Origin: an uncultured Gemmatimonadales bacterium
GTDB taxonomy: Bacteria > Gemmatimonadota > Gemmatimonadetes > Gemmatimonadales > Gemmatimonadaceae
Length of the DNA: 64,000 nucleotides
Direction: 5' to 3'
NCBI GenBank assembly: GCA_963850905.1
Contig: CAWKMU010000004.1
Location: 544,001 to 608,000, forward strand
Numbering within the stretch: position 1 is the first letter of the stretch; every line of letters starts with the position of its first letter. A model generated the notes under the pieces. It ran no database searches, was not told where the DNA came from, and saw only the letters and a list, made by a program, of their open reading frames with translations. This document shows positions 30,730 to 40,466 of the stretch, in pieces. A program made the translations under genes and the position numbers.

Positions 30730-33408
30730 TCATTCCTGATCGAGCGGCAGATGGAACGTGAGTCGAGTCAGCTCACTGACCGCGCACGAGCCAATCCGCG
30801 CGGGAGCGAATTTGTACTGTGGAAGGACTTCGACCACCCGCTTTGTGAGCCAGCCAGTGTTGTCGCGGAGGGAACGGACGCTCTGCGGCACGACGCGGCC
30901 GCGCGTGTCAATGACGCCCGTGAAGGTAGCGGTATCACGTGCGAGCGTGGCCGAGTCATCGGCCAAGGCATCCAAGCAGTGGGAGGGTTTGGGAGCATCC
31001 CACATGATCTCGGTGCACCGCTTCCGGGCGTTGAGCACCGGCCGATCGACGGAATCCAAGGTTGCCGCACGGTCGAGCGACCACTCGGGCACCGCGGCGA
31101 CGCCGATCATCCCCGCCACGGCGTCGCTTGGCGGCGTGCCACTCGACACCATCAAGTGGAGTTGCGCCTCACCGTCCACCGCCCACCCTCGAGGCAGGGC
31201 TGGCAACGCACCGTTCGCCTGGGCCCGCTCGACTGTCGCCAGCACGCTCGTATCAACGGGTCCCGACAACGACGACGCTGCCACCCGCAAGCTCGCCGCG
31301 GACCCGAGCGTGTCTATCTCGAAGACAACTGCGCTCGCAAACACGGGAGCCACCGATGCTCGGCGACGCGGCGGGTCATCGACACTGGCACTATCCGACT
31401 GGCCAGGTTGCGCGCTGAAAACCGGGATCGGCAAATCACTCGGCAGCGCGAACGATCGGCGGATAGCGACGAGCGTGCGCGCAATGAACCGCGACCACGC
31501 CGTATCGGACGCCATCGGCGGACGATGCCCATCCAGCGACGCGTACAGCGGGAGCTGCACGGTGTCTCTGGCCGGCGGTAGCTTGCAGGACGCGTCTGAC
31601 CCGAAGACCGAATGTGCCCGCGGAATGACCACGTCCGCCTCACTATCGGGGATGGCGGCGGCCGCGAGCACCGAATCGCGGGTGAGCGTGATCTGCATCT
31701 CGGTGGCCGCTGATCGCATCGAGACGAGGATCCGCCGCGGTCGATAACCCGCGTGCCGCACCTCGAGAATCTGGTCGGCGGGCGGCGCGCCGAAGTACAC
31801 GAATCGGCCGCTGTCATCGGTCGCGACGATGTTCAAGGATGCGAATCCTCGGACACGCGCTCCGCGGATAGGTGCTCCGTCGGCGCCGACGACGCGCCCA
31901 TTCAAGCGGAGCGTCGAGTCCACGCTCACGGACCGTAACGCCTCCACCTGATCCCCTGGGAATCGCCGCTCAAAGGTCGCAGCCACGACATGATCGTTCT
32001 CGTCCACGTACTGCACGTCTCCTGGAATCTCTCGCTCGATCCCGGCGAGGTCATGGCCCACTACGGCGACTGTCTGGTGTCCCTCGACCGAATCCAGGAT
32101 CGGCACCAGTGGAACGAAATCTCGAAAAGTCGCAGTGACGCTGAGGTCCATCACCGGCGGATGGGCGTCTTGGGAACGGGTGAGGTGGAACTCAGCCCTG
32201 CGCACGACGAAGCGCTGCGCATCGAGATAGACCGAGCCCGCCACGTCCGGAGTGTGGAGCCGGTCCGCCGGCTTGAAATCGAGACGGAAGGTGCTGCCGC
32301 GACGCGAATGCTGGAACACGCCCATGGAGAAGCAGTGCGCAGCCAGGAAGGCAGTGTCGCCGAGGTCTGCGAAGGTGGGCAGATACATGTAACGACGCTT
32401 CCCTTCAGTGTAGACGACTGCGCCCGCACGATACTGGTGCTGAGCTCGTGAATCGTACGCGACGGTGTCGAGAGACAACAGCCGTGTCCTCCCCCCGTTG
32501 AGCAGATCTCGCCGCTCCTCTCGGACGTATTGAAACGGATACTCCTCGAGGAGCAGCCGGTAGCGGTCCACGTTCTCGCGCACGAGCAGGAACAGCGCGG
32601 CGAGCTCAGGGTCGGCAGCGGGATTGGGCGGACCTGTCGCCACACAGCCTTTCGGCCGCCGACCGATCACGCGCACGAGCTTGAGGAGCACGGCCGCGCA
32701 ATGCATGCGGAGCGTGACGGTCGCGATGGCGGGAGCCGGCCCGACGTCGACCGTGGTATCCAGGGGGGCGTATCCGATCTGACGTGCCCGCAGCGCATAC
32801 CGACGTGGGGTCAATCGCGCCAGTCGAAAGTGGCCAGACGCGTCGACGAATCGGGAGCGGTCCGTACCCACGAGTGTAACCGTGGCGTAGGGAACCGGCT
32901 CGCCAGTGTCCTGATCCACCAACGAGCCGCTGATGACACCGGAGGAGTCAGCATCAGTCGCCGAGGCGCGTGACACGAGCGTGAGGCGCCCGCCGTCGCC
33001 CACCAGGACATCCAGCGGCGCATCACCGAGCACCCACGCGAGCGCGGCCGCAACCGTCACGTCATCCGCCTTCATCGAGACACGCGCGCCGAGTGGTGCA
33101 GACTCTGTGGCGTACGTCACGTCGAGGCCGGCGCGCGCGGCGATGGCCTCAATGGCAGCGCCCAACGGAACGCCGATCAAAGTGAGTGAGACGCGCCGGT
33201 CGAGCTCCGCTGCGTCGTGCGCATCGACGTGCTCACCGTCCTCGGGCCGCACGCGGAAAAACGCGTGACCGGCCGACGGCGACCGCGCCACCCGTTCTCC
33301 TGGCAGCTCGCCCTGGGTCCGCGCGGAGTCCTGGGCCGCCAGGTGAGCGGCTGTCGCGGCGGCGAGAATCGCCACACGAATCAGAATGCGCGCGAGACGG
33401 GTATCCAC
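30730..33408 (-). CDS. Secreted modular protein with carboxypeptidase-regulatory-like domains and TonB C-terminal-like domains
   Basis: Signal peptide; DTGEPVPYATV..G.FRL..ARQIGY and GRVVGADGAPI..TDDSGRF..HAGY repeats; VAASSLS and FAPARIGSCAV TonB-C-like ends. Confidence 0.7.
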   Translation of the reverse strand: MDTRLARILIRVAILAAATAAHLAAQDSARTQGELPGERVARSPSAGHAFFRVRPEDGEHVDAHDAAELDRRVSLTLIGVPLGAAIEAIAARAGLDVTYATESAPLGARVSMKADDVTVAAALAWVLGDAPLDVLVGDGGRLTLVSRASATDADSSGVISGSLVDQDTGEPVPYATVTLVGTDRSRFVDASGHFRLARLTPRRYALRARQIGYAPLDTTVDVGPAPAIATVTLRMHCAAVLLKLVRVIGRRPKGCVATGPPNPAADPELAALFLLVRENVDRYRLLLEEYPFQYVREERRDLLNGGRTRLLSLDTVAYDSRAQHQYRAGAVVYTEGKRRYMYLPTFADLGDTAFLAAHCFSMGVFQHSRRGSTFRLDFKPADRLHTPDVAGSVYLDAQRFVVRRAEFHLTRSQDAHPPVMDLSVTATFRDFVPLVPILDSVEGHQTVAVVGHDLAGIEREIPGDVQYVDENDHVVAATFERRFPGDQVEALRSVSVDSTLRLNGRVVGADGAPIRGARVRGFASLNIVATDDSGRFVYFGAPPADQILEVRHAGYRPRRILVSMRSAATEMQITLTRDSVLAAAAIPDSEADVVIPRAHSVFGSDASCKLPPARDTVQLPLYASLDGHRPPMASDTAWSRFIARTLVAIRRSFALPSDLPIPVFSAQPGQSDSASVDDPPRRRASVAPVFASAVVFEIDTLGSAASLRVAASSLSGPVDTSVLATVERAQANGALPALPRGWAVDGEAQLHLMVSSGTPPSDAVAGMIGVAAVPEWSLDRAATLDSVDRPVLNARKRCTEIMWDAPKPSHCLDALADDSATLARDTATFTGVIDTRGRVVPQSVRSLRDNTGWLTKRVVEVLPQYKFAPARIGSCAVSELTRLTFHLPLDQE

Positions 33409-33702
33409 CCTTCACCTGCAGGCCCGAACGCCGGTCATTCTCGCTCCGTGCCGAAGTCGTCGGCACGAAGCGGCCCCCGCCGTCGGACGTGTCACCTGGA
33501 GGTACCGCAATCGCCTGGGTCACGAGCTGAGCTACGCGGCACGCTCCGATCTGTGGGCCTCGAAATGCAATTGGCGTACGCTTTCGGGCCGTGCACCGGC
33601 CATACAGCGCCCGACCGACACCATCGTGCCTAACGACACCCGTGGTCCATCAGCCGCAATTGGACGGTGGGCCGACGGCCCCTCCACGCACGGTCGGGGT
33701 CG

Positions 33703-33827
33703 ACGCCAATAACCGGCCCTGGACCGGTAGGGGCGACTCATTGCGTCGCCCGTTGTTGTCGTAGACGGGTGCAACGCCAATTACCGGCCCCGCACCGGTA
33801 GGGGCGACGCATTGCGTCGCCCGTTGT
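33703..33827 (+). repeat. Two direct 54-bp repeats, each containing a GTAG-family REP hairpin
   Basis: GTAG-GGGCGAC(T/G)CATTGCGTCGCCC at 33727-33751 and 33798-33822; period 71 bp. Confidence 0.8.
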
Positions 33828-34219
33828 GCGGTCCGCAGAGGCGCGATCGGCATAGGGCGATCGCTCATCCCGGCACCGCTAGCGTGGTCCTTGCAATCCA
33901 GGAGCGATACCATGCCCGCGTCGCCGGACGTCGAGGACCGAGCCGACCGACGTCGGGGCGACTGGATATTCAACGAGAGACCTCCGGGTCCCGAAGCAAT
34001 CGGAGCGAGCGGTCACACAGACACGATTGGCCGATTGTGCCAGCCGAATCGGGCATTGGCGCCGATCTCCAGCGCAAGGCAGTCCACGGATCTTGCTGCG
34101 GCGACGCCATGGCCGTATGCTCTCTGGCTGCCAGGCCCCCGTAGCTGCAACATGACGTTCTCCACCGTGCAGCACTATGGGCGTTTCCGGGCAGGATGCT
34201 CGCAGCGCAGCACCGTCAT

Positions 34220-34708
34220 ATGACGCAGGCGCCCACTCTGCCGAATCCAGTAAGGGGTATTGTGGCCGGGCACACGGGCTCCGAGAGCAGTCGGGCCATC
34301 ATCCTGGTTGTCGAGCGAGATCCACACGTCCGTGATCTGGAGGCCTACTTCCTGGACGAAGCGGGCTACGACGTCGAGTTTGCGGCCGATGGTGTGGCCG
34401 CGCTGGCGATGGCGCGGGTGCTCATCCCCCGCATTGTCGTCACCGAAATTCTGGTGCCGAAGCTCGATGGGCTCTCGCTGTGTCGGGCAATCAAGGAAGA
34501 TCCGGCGCTAGCCGACACCGCAGTGCTGATATTTAGCATCTTGGCGGCGGCAGCTCGTGCACACGATGCCGGCGCCGATGCATTTCTCATGAAGCCGCTG
34601 GCCGACCGCCGGCTGGTCGATACGGTTCGAGCGTTGGTCGCGAAACAAGGCAGCGGATCGGCGCGCCCGCCCAAAAGACCGTCGCGGCCAGGAGGCCCCC
34701 GCTCATGA
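34220..34708 (+). CDS. Stand-alone receiver domain protein, atypical (Glu at the phosphoacceptor position)
   Basis: IILVVERD...PRIVVTEILVPKLDG...GADAFLMKP. Confidence 0.88.
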   Translation: MTQAPTLPNPVRGIVAGHTGSESSRAIILVVERDPHVRDLEAYFLDEAGYDVEFAADGVAALAMARVLIPRIVVTEILVPKLDGLSLCRAIKEDPALADTAVLIFSILAAAARAHDAGADAFLMKPLADRRLVDTVRALVAKQGSGSARPPKRPSRPGGPRS

Positions 34709-36123
34709 TCCGCAGCCAGTTGGTCTCGCCGGAGGCGAGCGCACCGACGGATCTCTTCCCGCGCGTGGGGACCGGCAACCTGCAAGCTGACTCTGTGCTC
34801 GCCGGAGGTTTCCCCGGCAACTCGATCAACATCATCATGGGTCAGGCCGGGACGGGCAAGACGATCTTCGCCGAACAACTGCTATTCCACAACGCGACGC
34901 CCGATCGCCCCTCCCTATTCATCACGACCCTCTCGGAGCCCCTGACGAAGGTCGTCAGCTATGTACAGCGCTTCCGCTTCTTCGAGGCGGACAAGCTCGG
35001 TACGGACATTCAATATCACGATCTCGGCGCGGCGCTTGCGGCCGAGGGCCCTGAGGCGCTGGTGCCATGGCTGACAGAACAGATCAAGGTGTCGAGGCCC
35101 AAGCTCATCGTCATCGACTCCTTTCGCGCGATACACGATCTGACGACATCGGCACAGCTGATGCGGCGTATCGTCTCGGATCTTGCCGGCCTCCTGTCCG
35201 CGTACGACGTCACGACGTTCCTGCTCGGCGAGTATACCACCGACGACATTGAGCGCTTCCCGGAATTTGGTGTCGGAGACGGGATCATCGAGCTGGCCCG
35301 CCGCCCGCTCAGCTCGCGGGACGAACGGTTTCTCCGGGTCCTCAAGTTGCGAGGCAGCAGCTATAGAGAAGGGCAGCACGGGTTTCGAATCACGCAGGAC
35401 GGGCTGGAAGTCTACCCCCGACTCGTGTCGCCACGGGTCTCCAAGGACTACGCGCCTCGCCTGGAACGGCTGTCCACTGGTGTCGAGGGCCTCGATGCCG
35501 CGCTGTGGGGCGGCCTATGGCGAGGGTCGACCACCTTGCTCGTGGGACCAACGGGATCCGGTAAGACGACGCTAGCGCTGCAGTTCGCGCTCGAAGGCGT
35601 GCGACAGGGTGAGCAGGTGCTCTTCGTGAACTTTCAGGAGAACCCATCGCAGTTGCGTCGGACGATCGACGGGCTTGGTATGCCTGCGGACGAAGCCGTG
35701 GCGCGAGGGCTCGGCCTACGCTACGTGTCGCCGGTCGAGCTCCAGATCGACAGTATCGTCGTCGGCATCTTCGAACGCATCCGCCAAGGCGACGTCCGTC
35801 GCGTGGTGGTCGACGCGATCGGCGATCTCGCCACCGCGGCCAACGATGCGCTGCGTTTGCACGACTATTTGTATGCCCTTGTCCAGCACTTCGCGGTCAA
35901 TGATGTCACGAGTGTGCTGACGTTCGAGTCTCGAGGAGATGTTATCAGCACCATCGAGTTCGAGCATCGCTTCTCGTACATGTCCGACAACATCATCCAG
36001 CTGGGCATGCGCGGTGAGGAGCGAACACAACGCACGCTGCGGGTGGTGAAGACGCGGAACAGTGGACATGACACCGACGTGCGGGAGTTGGACATTCAAT
36101 CGGGAGGCGCGCGGCTTGTCTGA
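34705..36123 (+). CDS. KaiC-like double-domain ATPase
   Basis: GQAGTGKT and GPTGSGKT Walker A motifs, KLRGS and KTRNS, FSYMSDNII. ATGA overlap with the receiver gene. Confidence 0.92.
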   Translation: MIRSQLVSPEASAPTDLFPRVGTGNLQADSVLAGGFPGNSINIIMGQAGTGKTIFAEQLLFHNATPDRPSLFITTLSEPLTKVVSYVQRFRFFEADKLGTDIQYHDLGAALAAEGPEALVPWLTEQIKVSRPKLIVIDSFRAIHDLTTSAQLMRRIVSDLAGLLSAYDVTTFLLGEYTTDDIERFPEFGVGDGIIELARRPLSSRDERFLRVLKLRGSSYREGQHGFRITQDGLEVYPRLVSPRVSKDYAPRLERLSTGVEGLDAALWGGLWRGSTTLLVGPTGSGKTTLALQFALEGVRQGEQVLFVNFQENPSQLRRTIDGLGMPADEAVARGLGLRYVSPVELQIDSIVVGIFERIRQGDVRRVVVDAIGDLATAANDALRLHDYLYALVQHFAVNDVTSVLTFESRGDVISTIEFEHRFSYMSDNIIQLGMRGEERTQRTLRVVKTRNSGHDTDVRELDIQSGGARLV

Positions 36124-37453
36124 CCGCCGACAGGGTGTGAGACGCGGCCCCGCCGCCCGTAATCGCCCTTTGACCGATCTGGCCGCGTCGCCGGCAGCCC
36201 TGGCATCCGATCCACGGCTCTCGCGGCTCGCGGAGCTGAGTCGGACGCTGACGAATGCGGCCTTGCTCGAGGACATTCTCCAGCTCGCAGCCGAGCAGGC
36301 GGCCGAGCTTCTTAGCGCCACTAAGGCCGTGCTGATGCTCATTGATGCGGATGGCATGCTTCGGGTGCGGGCTGCCGTTGGCGTGGCGGATGAGATGGTG
36401 GCGCGCTTTCGGCAGTCTTTCGACGAATCCCTCGTGACCCGGCTTCAGGGGCTTTTTGGGACCGGCCATTCCGATGGCTTCATCGGGGTGCCTCTCGTCG
36501 TCAAAGGGCGAGTAACCGGCCTGTTGGCAGTCATGCGGCCGCGCGCGAGCCCGGCCACCGCCGAGGACGAGGCGCTGCTGTCGGCCCTCGCCGATCAGAC
36601 GGCCGCCCCTCTCGAGCACGCGCTGCTCGCTGACCGGGTTGAGCGCACGACGCTGGTTGCCGACAACGTGCGACTGTACGAGGCGGAGCGCGCAGCGCGC
36701 ATCGAGGCGGAACGGGCACGCACCGAGGCGGAATCAGCCAACCGGGCGAAGAGCGAGTTCCTGGCGAACATGAGCCACGAGCTGCGGACACCGCTCAATG
36801 CGATCGGCGGGTATGTCGAGTTGATCGAGATGGGATTACGCGGCCCTGTGACAGCGGCGCAGCGCGAGGACCTCCGCCGCATTCGGTCAAGCCAACATGC
36901 CTTGCTTCGGCTCGTGGAGGACATGCTCGACGTGGCGAAGTTGGAGACCGGGCATGTGCAGCTCGAGTTGACGAACGTCACGGTCCACGACGTGCTGGCC
37001 GGCGCCGAAGCGCTCGTGTTCCCCCAACTCTTCGCCAAGATGCTCGCGTACCACTACGAAGCGATCGACCCCGCCGTCTTGGTCCGCGCCGACCGCATGC
37101 GACTCCAGCAGATCATCCTCAATCTGATCAGCAACGCCATCAAGTTTACCGAGGCCGGGGGGACGATCACGGTGTGTGCGGAGACCAGCGCCGACATCGT
37201 GCTCATCCGAGTCATGGATACCGGCCGGGGCATTCCTGCCGACATGCTGGAGACCATCTTCGAGCCGTTCGTTCGGGTGGAGCGTGGGTTTGCGCGTTCC
37301 ACCGAAGGGGCGGGTCTCGGTCTGGCGATCAGTCGGTCACTCAGTCGCGCCATGGGCGGAGATCTGACGGCGGAGAGCACGCTGGGTGTTGGATCGACCT
37401 TTATGGTCAAGCTCCTACGGTCGGACCCGAACCGCCCACGCAGGCGAGACTGA
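36116..37453 (+). CDS. GAF-domain sensor histidine kinase
   Basis: GAF (GVPLVVKGRVTGLL), MSHELRTPLN, NLISNAIKFT, GAGLGLAI. TTG start with GGAGG. Confidence 0.92.
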   Translation: MSDRRQGVRRGPAARNRPLTDLAASPAALASDPRLSRLAELSRTLTNAALLEDILQLAAEQAAELLSATKAVLMLIDADGMLRVRAAVGVADEMVARFRQSFDESLVTRLQGLFGTGHSDGFIGVPLVVKGRVTGLLAVMRPRASPATAEDEALLSALADQTAAPLEHALLADRVERTTLVADNVRLYEAERAARIEAERARTEAESANRAKSEFLANMSHELRTPLNAIGGYVELIEMGLRGPVTAAQREDLRRIRSSQHALLRLVEDMLDVAKLETGHVQLELTNVTVHDVLAGAEALVFPQLFAKMLAYHYEAIDPAVLVRADRMRLQQIILNLISNAIKFTEAGGTITVCAETSADIVLIRVMDTGRGIPADMLETIFEPFVRVERGFARSTEGAGLGLAISRSLSRAMGGDLTAESTLGVGSTFMVKLLRSDPNRPRRRD

Positions 37454-37746
37454 GCGGCGCCGGGTATGTCACCCCGTGCGCCGCTGTTAATCCGCCGCAA
37501 AATACGCATCCAGCGCTACGCTGCTAAGATCGAGCGACCTCGGTGAGCTGGTCGCAAAGCGGCGCGTGCCGGCGGCCCCCCAGTGGGCGGTACCGTACAC
37601 AGTTTGGTTCCCGATCCGCAGCTCGGAGAAATGAACGCCAAATGGGATGCGGCTTCCCGAGACGCAATCCGGCAGCGGCTAGCCAAGAGAGTTCCTAGTC
37701 GCGAGTTGATTTGCCAGCACGACGGGTGCGAACCGACCCGGCCGCG

Positions 37747-37956
37747 TTACACCCCCTCGCGCCGTCCAGCGGCCACCAAGACGATACCGACGACGACCAC
37801 GACAATGCCGGCTGCGGGTGTGATAAAACCTCGCTTCGCGGTGGAAACCTGCACGGGACCAATGTCCGTGCTGTGTCGACTCTTCGTGTAGCTGATGCCG
37901 CCGTACGCGAGCACCACTCCGCCGAACACGATCAATAGGATACCGAGCGTGCGCAT
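37747..37956 (-). CDS. Small two-TM membrane protein (DUF3185-like), copy 2
   Basis: 56 of 69 residues identical to 17855-18064. Confidence 0.8.
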   Translation of the reverse strand: MRTLGILLIVFGGVVLAYGGISYTKSRHSTDIGPVQVSTAKRGFITPAAGIVVVVVGIVLVAAGRREGV

Positions 37957-38122
37957 TCACTCTCCTCGCCTGGGTCGTACACGGCAACGGGCAAGAGCGA
38001 TACCACTGACCGCATCGCTGCCGTATGCGGCACGCGATGTGCCTGACCTCTTGCCACGGCACTAGCGGAGTCGCCGGGTGCCGGTCGGTACGCCGGCGCG
38101 CACTTCACACTGGAGGAAGACA

Positions 38123-38347
38123 ATGCCCGATCAATCGAACCCCAATGACTACGGGACCGGCTCTCACCGAGGAGCAGCCGACTCTGTCGCGGGCAAGGCG
38201 AAGGAAGGCGCAGGCAAAGCAAGAGAAGAACTGGGCAAGGAACGCGACGATGCGCAGCTCGAGGCCGAAGGGCGCTTCGAGAAAGACGCGGGGAAGGCTC
38301 AGGACAATCTCGGCAAGTCCGAAAGAAAGATTGAGCGGGATGATTAG
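38123..38347 (+). CDS. CsbD family general stress protein
   Basis: DSVAGKAKEGAGKAREELG..DDAQLEAEG..GKAQ. RBS GGAGG. Confidence 0.85.
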   Translation: MPDQSNPNDYGTGSHRGAADSVAGKAKEGAGKAREELGKERDDAQLEAEGRFEKDAGKAQDNLGKSERKIERDD

Positions 38348-38397
38348 CACGCGAAGGATCCGCGGGGCCTGACCCGCGTCACTGATATCCAAGACAC

Positions 38398-39741
38398 GTG
38401 ACACGACAGGCCACACGGCTCCTCGCCGCGGCACCACGCGTGTCGGTACCGCCCGACCCGCATCCGCAACGCACGCGCGGCGGCGGTGTCAGCGCGGTCG
38501 CTCGCGCTGTCAGGTTGCTTGGACCTGGGCTCATTACTGGCGCAGCCGACGACGATCCCTCCGGAATCGCGACGTATTCGCAGGCGGGTGCCGCCTTTGG
38601 CTACGGTCTGCTTTGGACGGCGCTCCTGACGTTGCCGCTCATGGTGGCCATCCAGCTCATGTGTGCGCGCGTCGGCGAGGTCACAGATCGCGGGCTGGCG
38701 AGTGTGTTGCGCAAACACTATCCGGCGTGGGTGTTGTGGCTCGCGTGCAGCCTGCTGGCCATCGCCAATACCGTCAACATCGGCGCGGACCTCGGTGCGA
38801 TGGCCGCGGGTGGGCACCTGATTACCGGTGTGCGCGCCATCTGGTTCCTTCCGCCCTTCGCGGTCGCGATGCTCCTCGTTGTGGCGTTCACGTCGTACGC
38901 GCAGGTCACCGCGATATTCAAGTGGCTGACACTCAGCTTGTTTGCGTACGTCGGCGCAGCCATTCTTGCGACGCCTCACTGGGGCGCCGTCCTACTCGGC
39001 ACGATCGCGCCGCACATACAGCGCAGCCATGAGTACGTCCTCACGGTCGTCGCGATTCTGGGCACCACTATCTCGCCATACCTCTTCTTCTGGCAGGCCG
39101 CGTCCTCGGCCGAGGAGCGCGACGCGAGAGAAGCGGCGATCGGCGAACGCGCGCCGCGCGCGGTCGAGCGAGAACTTCGGAGCGTGCGAGCCAATGTCGT
39201 GACGGGCATGTTCTTCTCCAACCTCATCATGTATTTCATCATCCTGACGGCTGGCGCGACCCTGCACGGGGTCCAGGCCAACATCGAGACGGCCGAGCAA
39301 GCCGCCACCGCGCTACGCCCGGTGGCCGGGCCGGCTGCGGAGTTCCTCTTCGCTGTAGGCTTGATCGGTACCGGGCTGCTGGGCGTGCCCGTCCTGGCTG
39401 GCTCCGCGGCCTATGCGCTCGCGGAGGCGGGTGCGTGGCGTCGCGGCATGGACGAGACGCCGCGAACGGCGGGACGGTTCTACGCGGTCTTCGCAGTGGC
39501 GCTATTGATCGGGGCGGTCATCGATCTGCTGCGAGTGAACGCGATCCGACTGCTGTTTTGGTCTGCAGTCATAAACGGCCTCCTGGCGCCACCGCTCATC
39601 GTCATCATTCTCATCGTCTGCAACAACGCCACTATCATGGGGCCGCATCGGAATGGCCGAGTGTTGAACGCGCTCGGGATTCTGGCAGGACTCACGATGA
39701 CGGCCGCCGCGGTCGCGCTGGTCGCGAGCTGGGTCGCGTGA
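38398..39741 (+). CDS. Nramp-related divalent metal cation transporter
   Basis: LGPGLITGAADDDPSGIATYSQAGA, GTTISPYLFFWQ. Confidence 0.92.
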   Translation: MTRQATRLLAAAPRVSVPPDPHPQRTRGGGVSAVARAVRLLGPGLITGAADDDPSGIATYSQAGAAFGYGLLWTALLTLPLMVAIQLMCARVGEVTDRGLASVLRKHYPAWVLWLACSLLAIANTVNIGADLGAMAAGGHLITGVRAIWFLPPFAVAMLLVVAFTSYAQVTAIFKWLTLSLFAYVGAAILATPHWGAVLLGTIAPHIQRSHEYVLTVVAILGTTISPYLFFWQAASSAEERDAREAAIGERAPRAVERELRSVRANVVTGMFFSNLIMYFIILTAGATLHGVQANIETAEQAATALRPVAGPAAEFLFAVGLIGTGLLGVPVLAGSAAYALAEAGAWRRGMDETPRTAGRFYAVFAVALLIGAVIDLLRVNAIRLLFWSAVINGLLAPPLIVIILIVCNNATIMGPHRNGRVLNALGILAGLTMTAAAVALVASWVA

Positions 39742-39751
39742 TGGACGCGGT

Positions 39752-40078
39752 TCATGTCACGCCTCGCCCATAGAACGCCGCGATCAACGCGCCCACCAGA
39801 CGGTCATCTCGGATACTGAGACGGCTCGACAGCGGTCGGGTCAGATCGTTCCAGACCGTGTGGAACGCGATGACCAACTGCTCCGCCCGAAGGCCCTCCG
39901 CGTGCGCCTGGCGCACGATCCGGCGAATGATGTCAGCGACGCGTGGAGTGGCGCTCAGGTTTGCACGGCGCCGTATGGCCTCGTCACGGAGCTCCTCGAT
40001 CGCGGCTGCGAGAGCGCCACTGAGCGGGGGGCGGTTACCCTGACGGCTAGTTTGGTCGTTCGATTCGGTCTCGTCCAT
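39752..40078 (-). CDS. Hypothetical small helical protein
   Basis: Plausible composition (AHAEGLRAEQLVIAFHTVW...LIAAFY); fills the gap. Confidence 0.55.
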   Translation of the reverse strand: MDETESNDQTSRQGNRPPLSGALAAAIEELRDEAIRRRANLSATPRVADIIRRIVRQAHAEGLRAEQLVIAFHTVWNDLTRPLSSRLSIRDDRLVGALIAAFYGRGVT

Positions 40079-40364
40079 CTGGTGAGTCCGGTTCAGGTGC
40101 CGCTTGTGGGACGCGACCCGCGCGCGTGGCGCGCAGAAAGGCTGGCCCTCGAACCGACACCTATGCATGGTGTGGGCCTGCGCAAGACGAGAATGCTGTA
40201 GCCGGCAGCGTACCTATCGCGCAATGTACCGAGCGGCCACGGTGGGTGCGGAGCAGTCGTGCTCACACCGATCAGTTCGAAGGCAAGCACAGAACCGGTG
40301 CGGACCGGGGATTGCACTCTGTCGCAACGGCAGGCTCGATTGCGATCTCCCGACCGGAGGACCA

Positions 40365-40466
40365 ATGACCCCAAACACGCTCGAGGGTCCGTACGTCGAC
40401 GAACTCAAGGACTTGTACGGCGCCAAACAGAAGATCTTGAAGCGCCCGTCGGCGGAGCGACAATGA
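40365..40466 (+). pseudogene. YciF/DUF892 ferritin-like gene remnant (N-terminus only)
   Basis: GGAGG RBS then MTPNTLEGPYVDELKDLYGAKQKILK*, matching the YciF N-terminal ELKDLYSAE pattern. Confidence 0.6.

Noticed and set aside
33703..33827. Possible CRISPR array
   Set aside because: Only two units, 54-bp repeat with a 17-bp gap, REP-type hairpin and no cas genes.
33830..34180. RAYT transposase remnant next to the REPs
   Set aside because: Only a vague RRRSAR similarity; no HUH or catalytic Tyr motif in any frame.
13026..37453. Bona fide circadian clock
   Set aside because: No kaiA or kaiB in the window and the S/T phosphosite pair is S-F or S-Y, so oscillation cannot be inferred.
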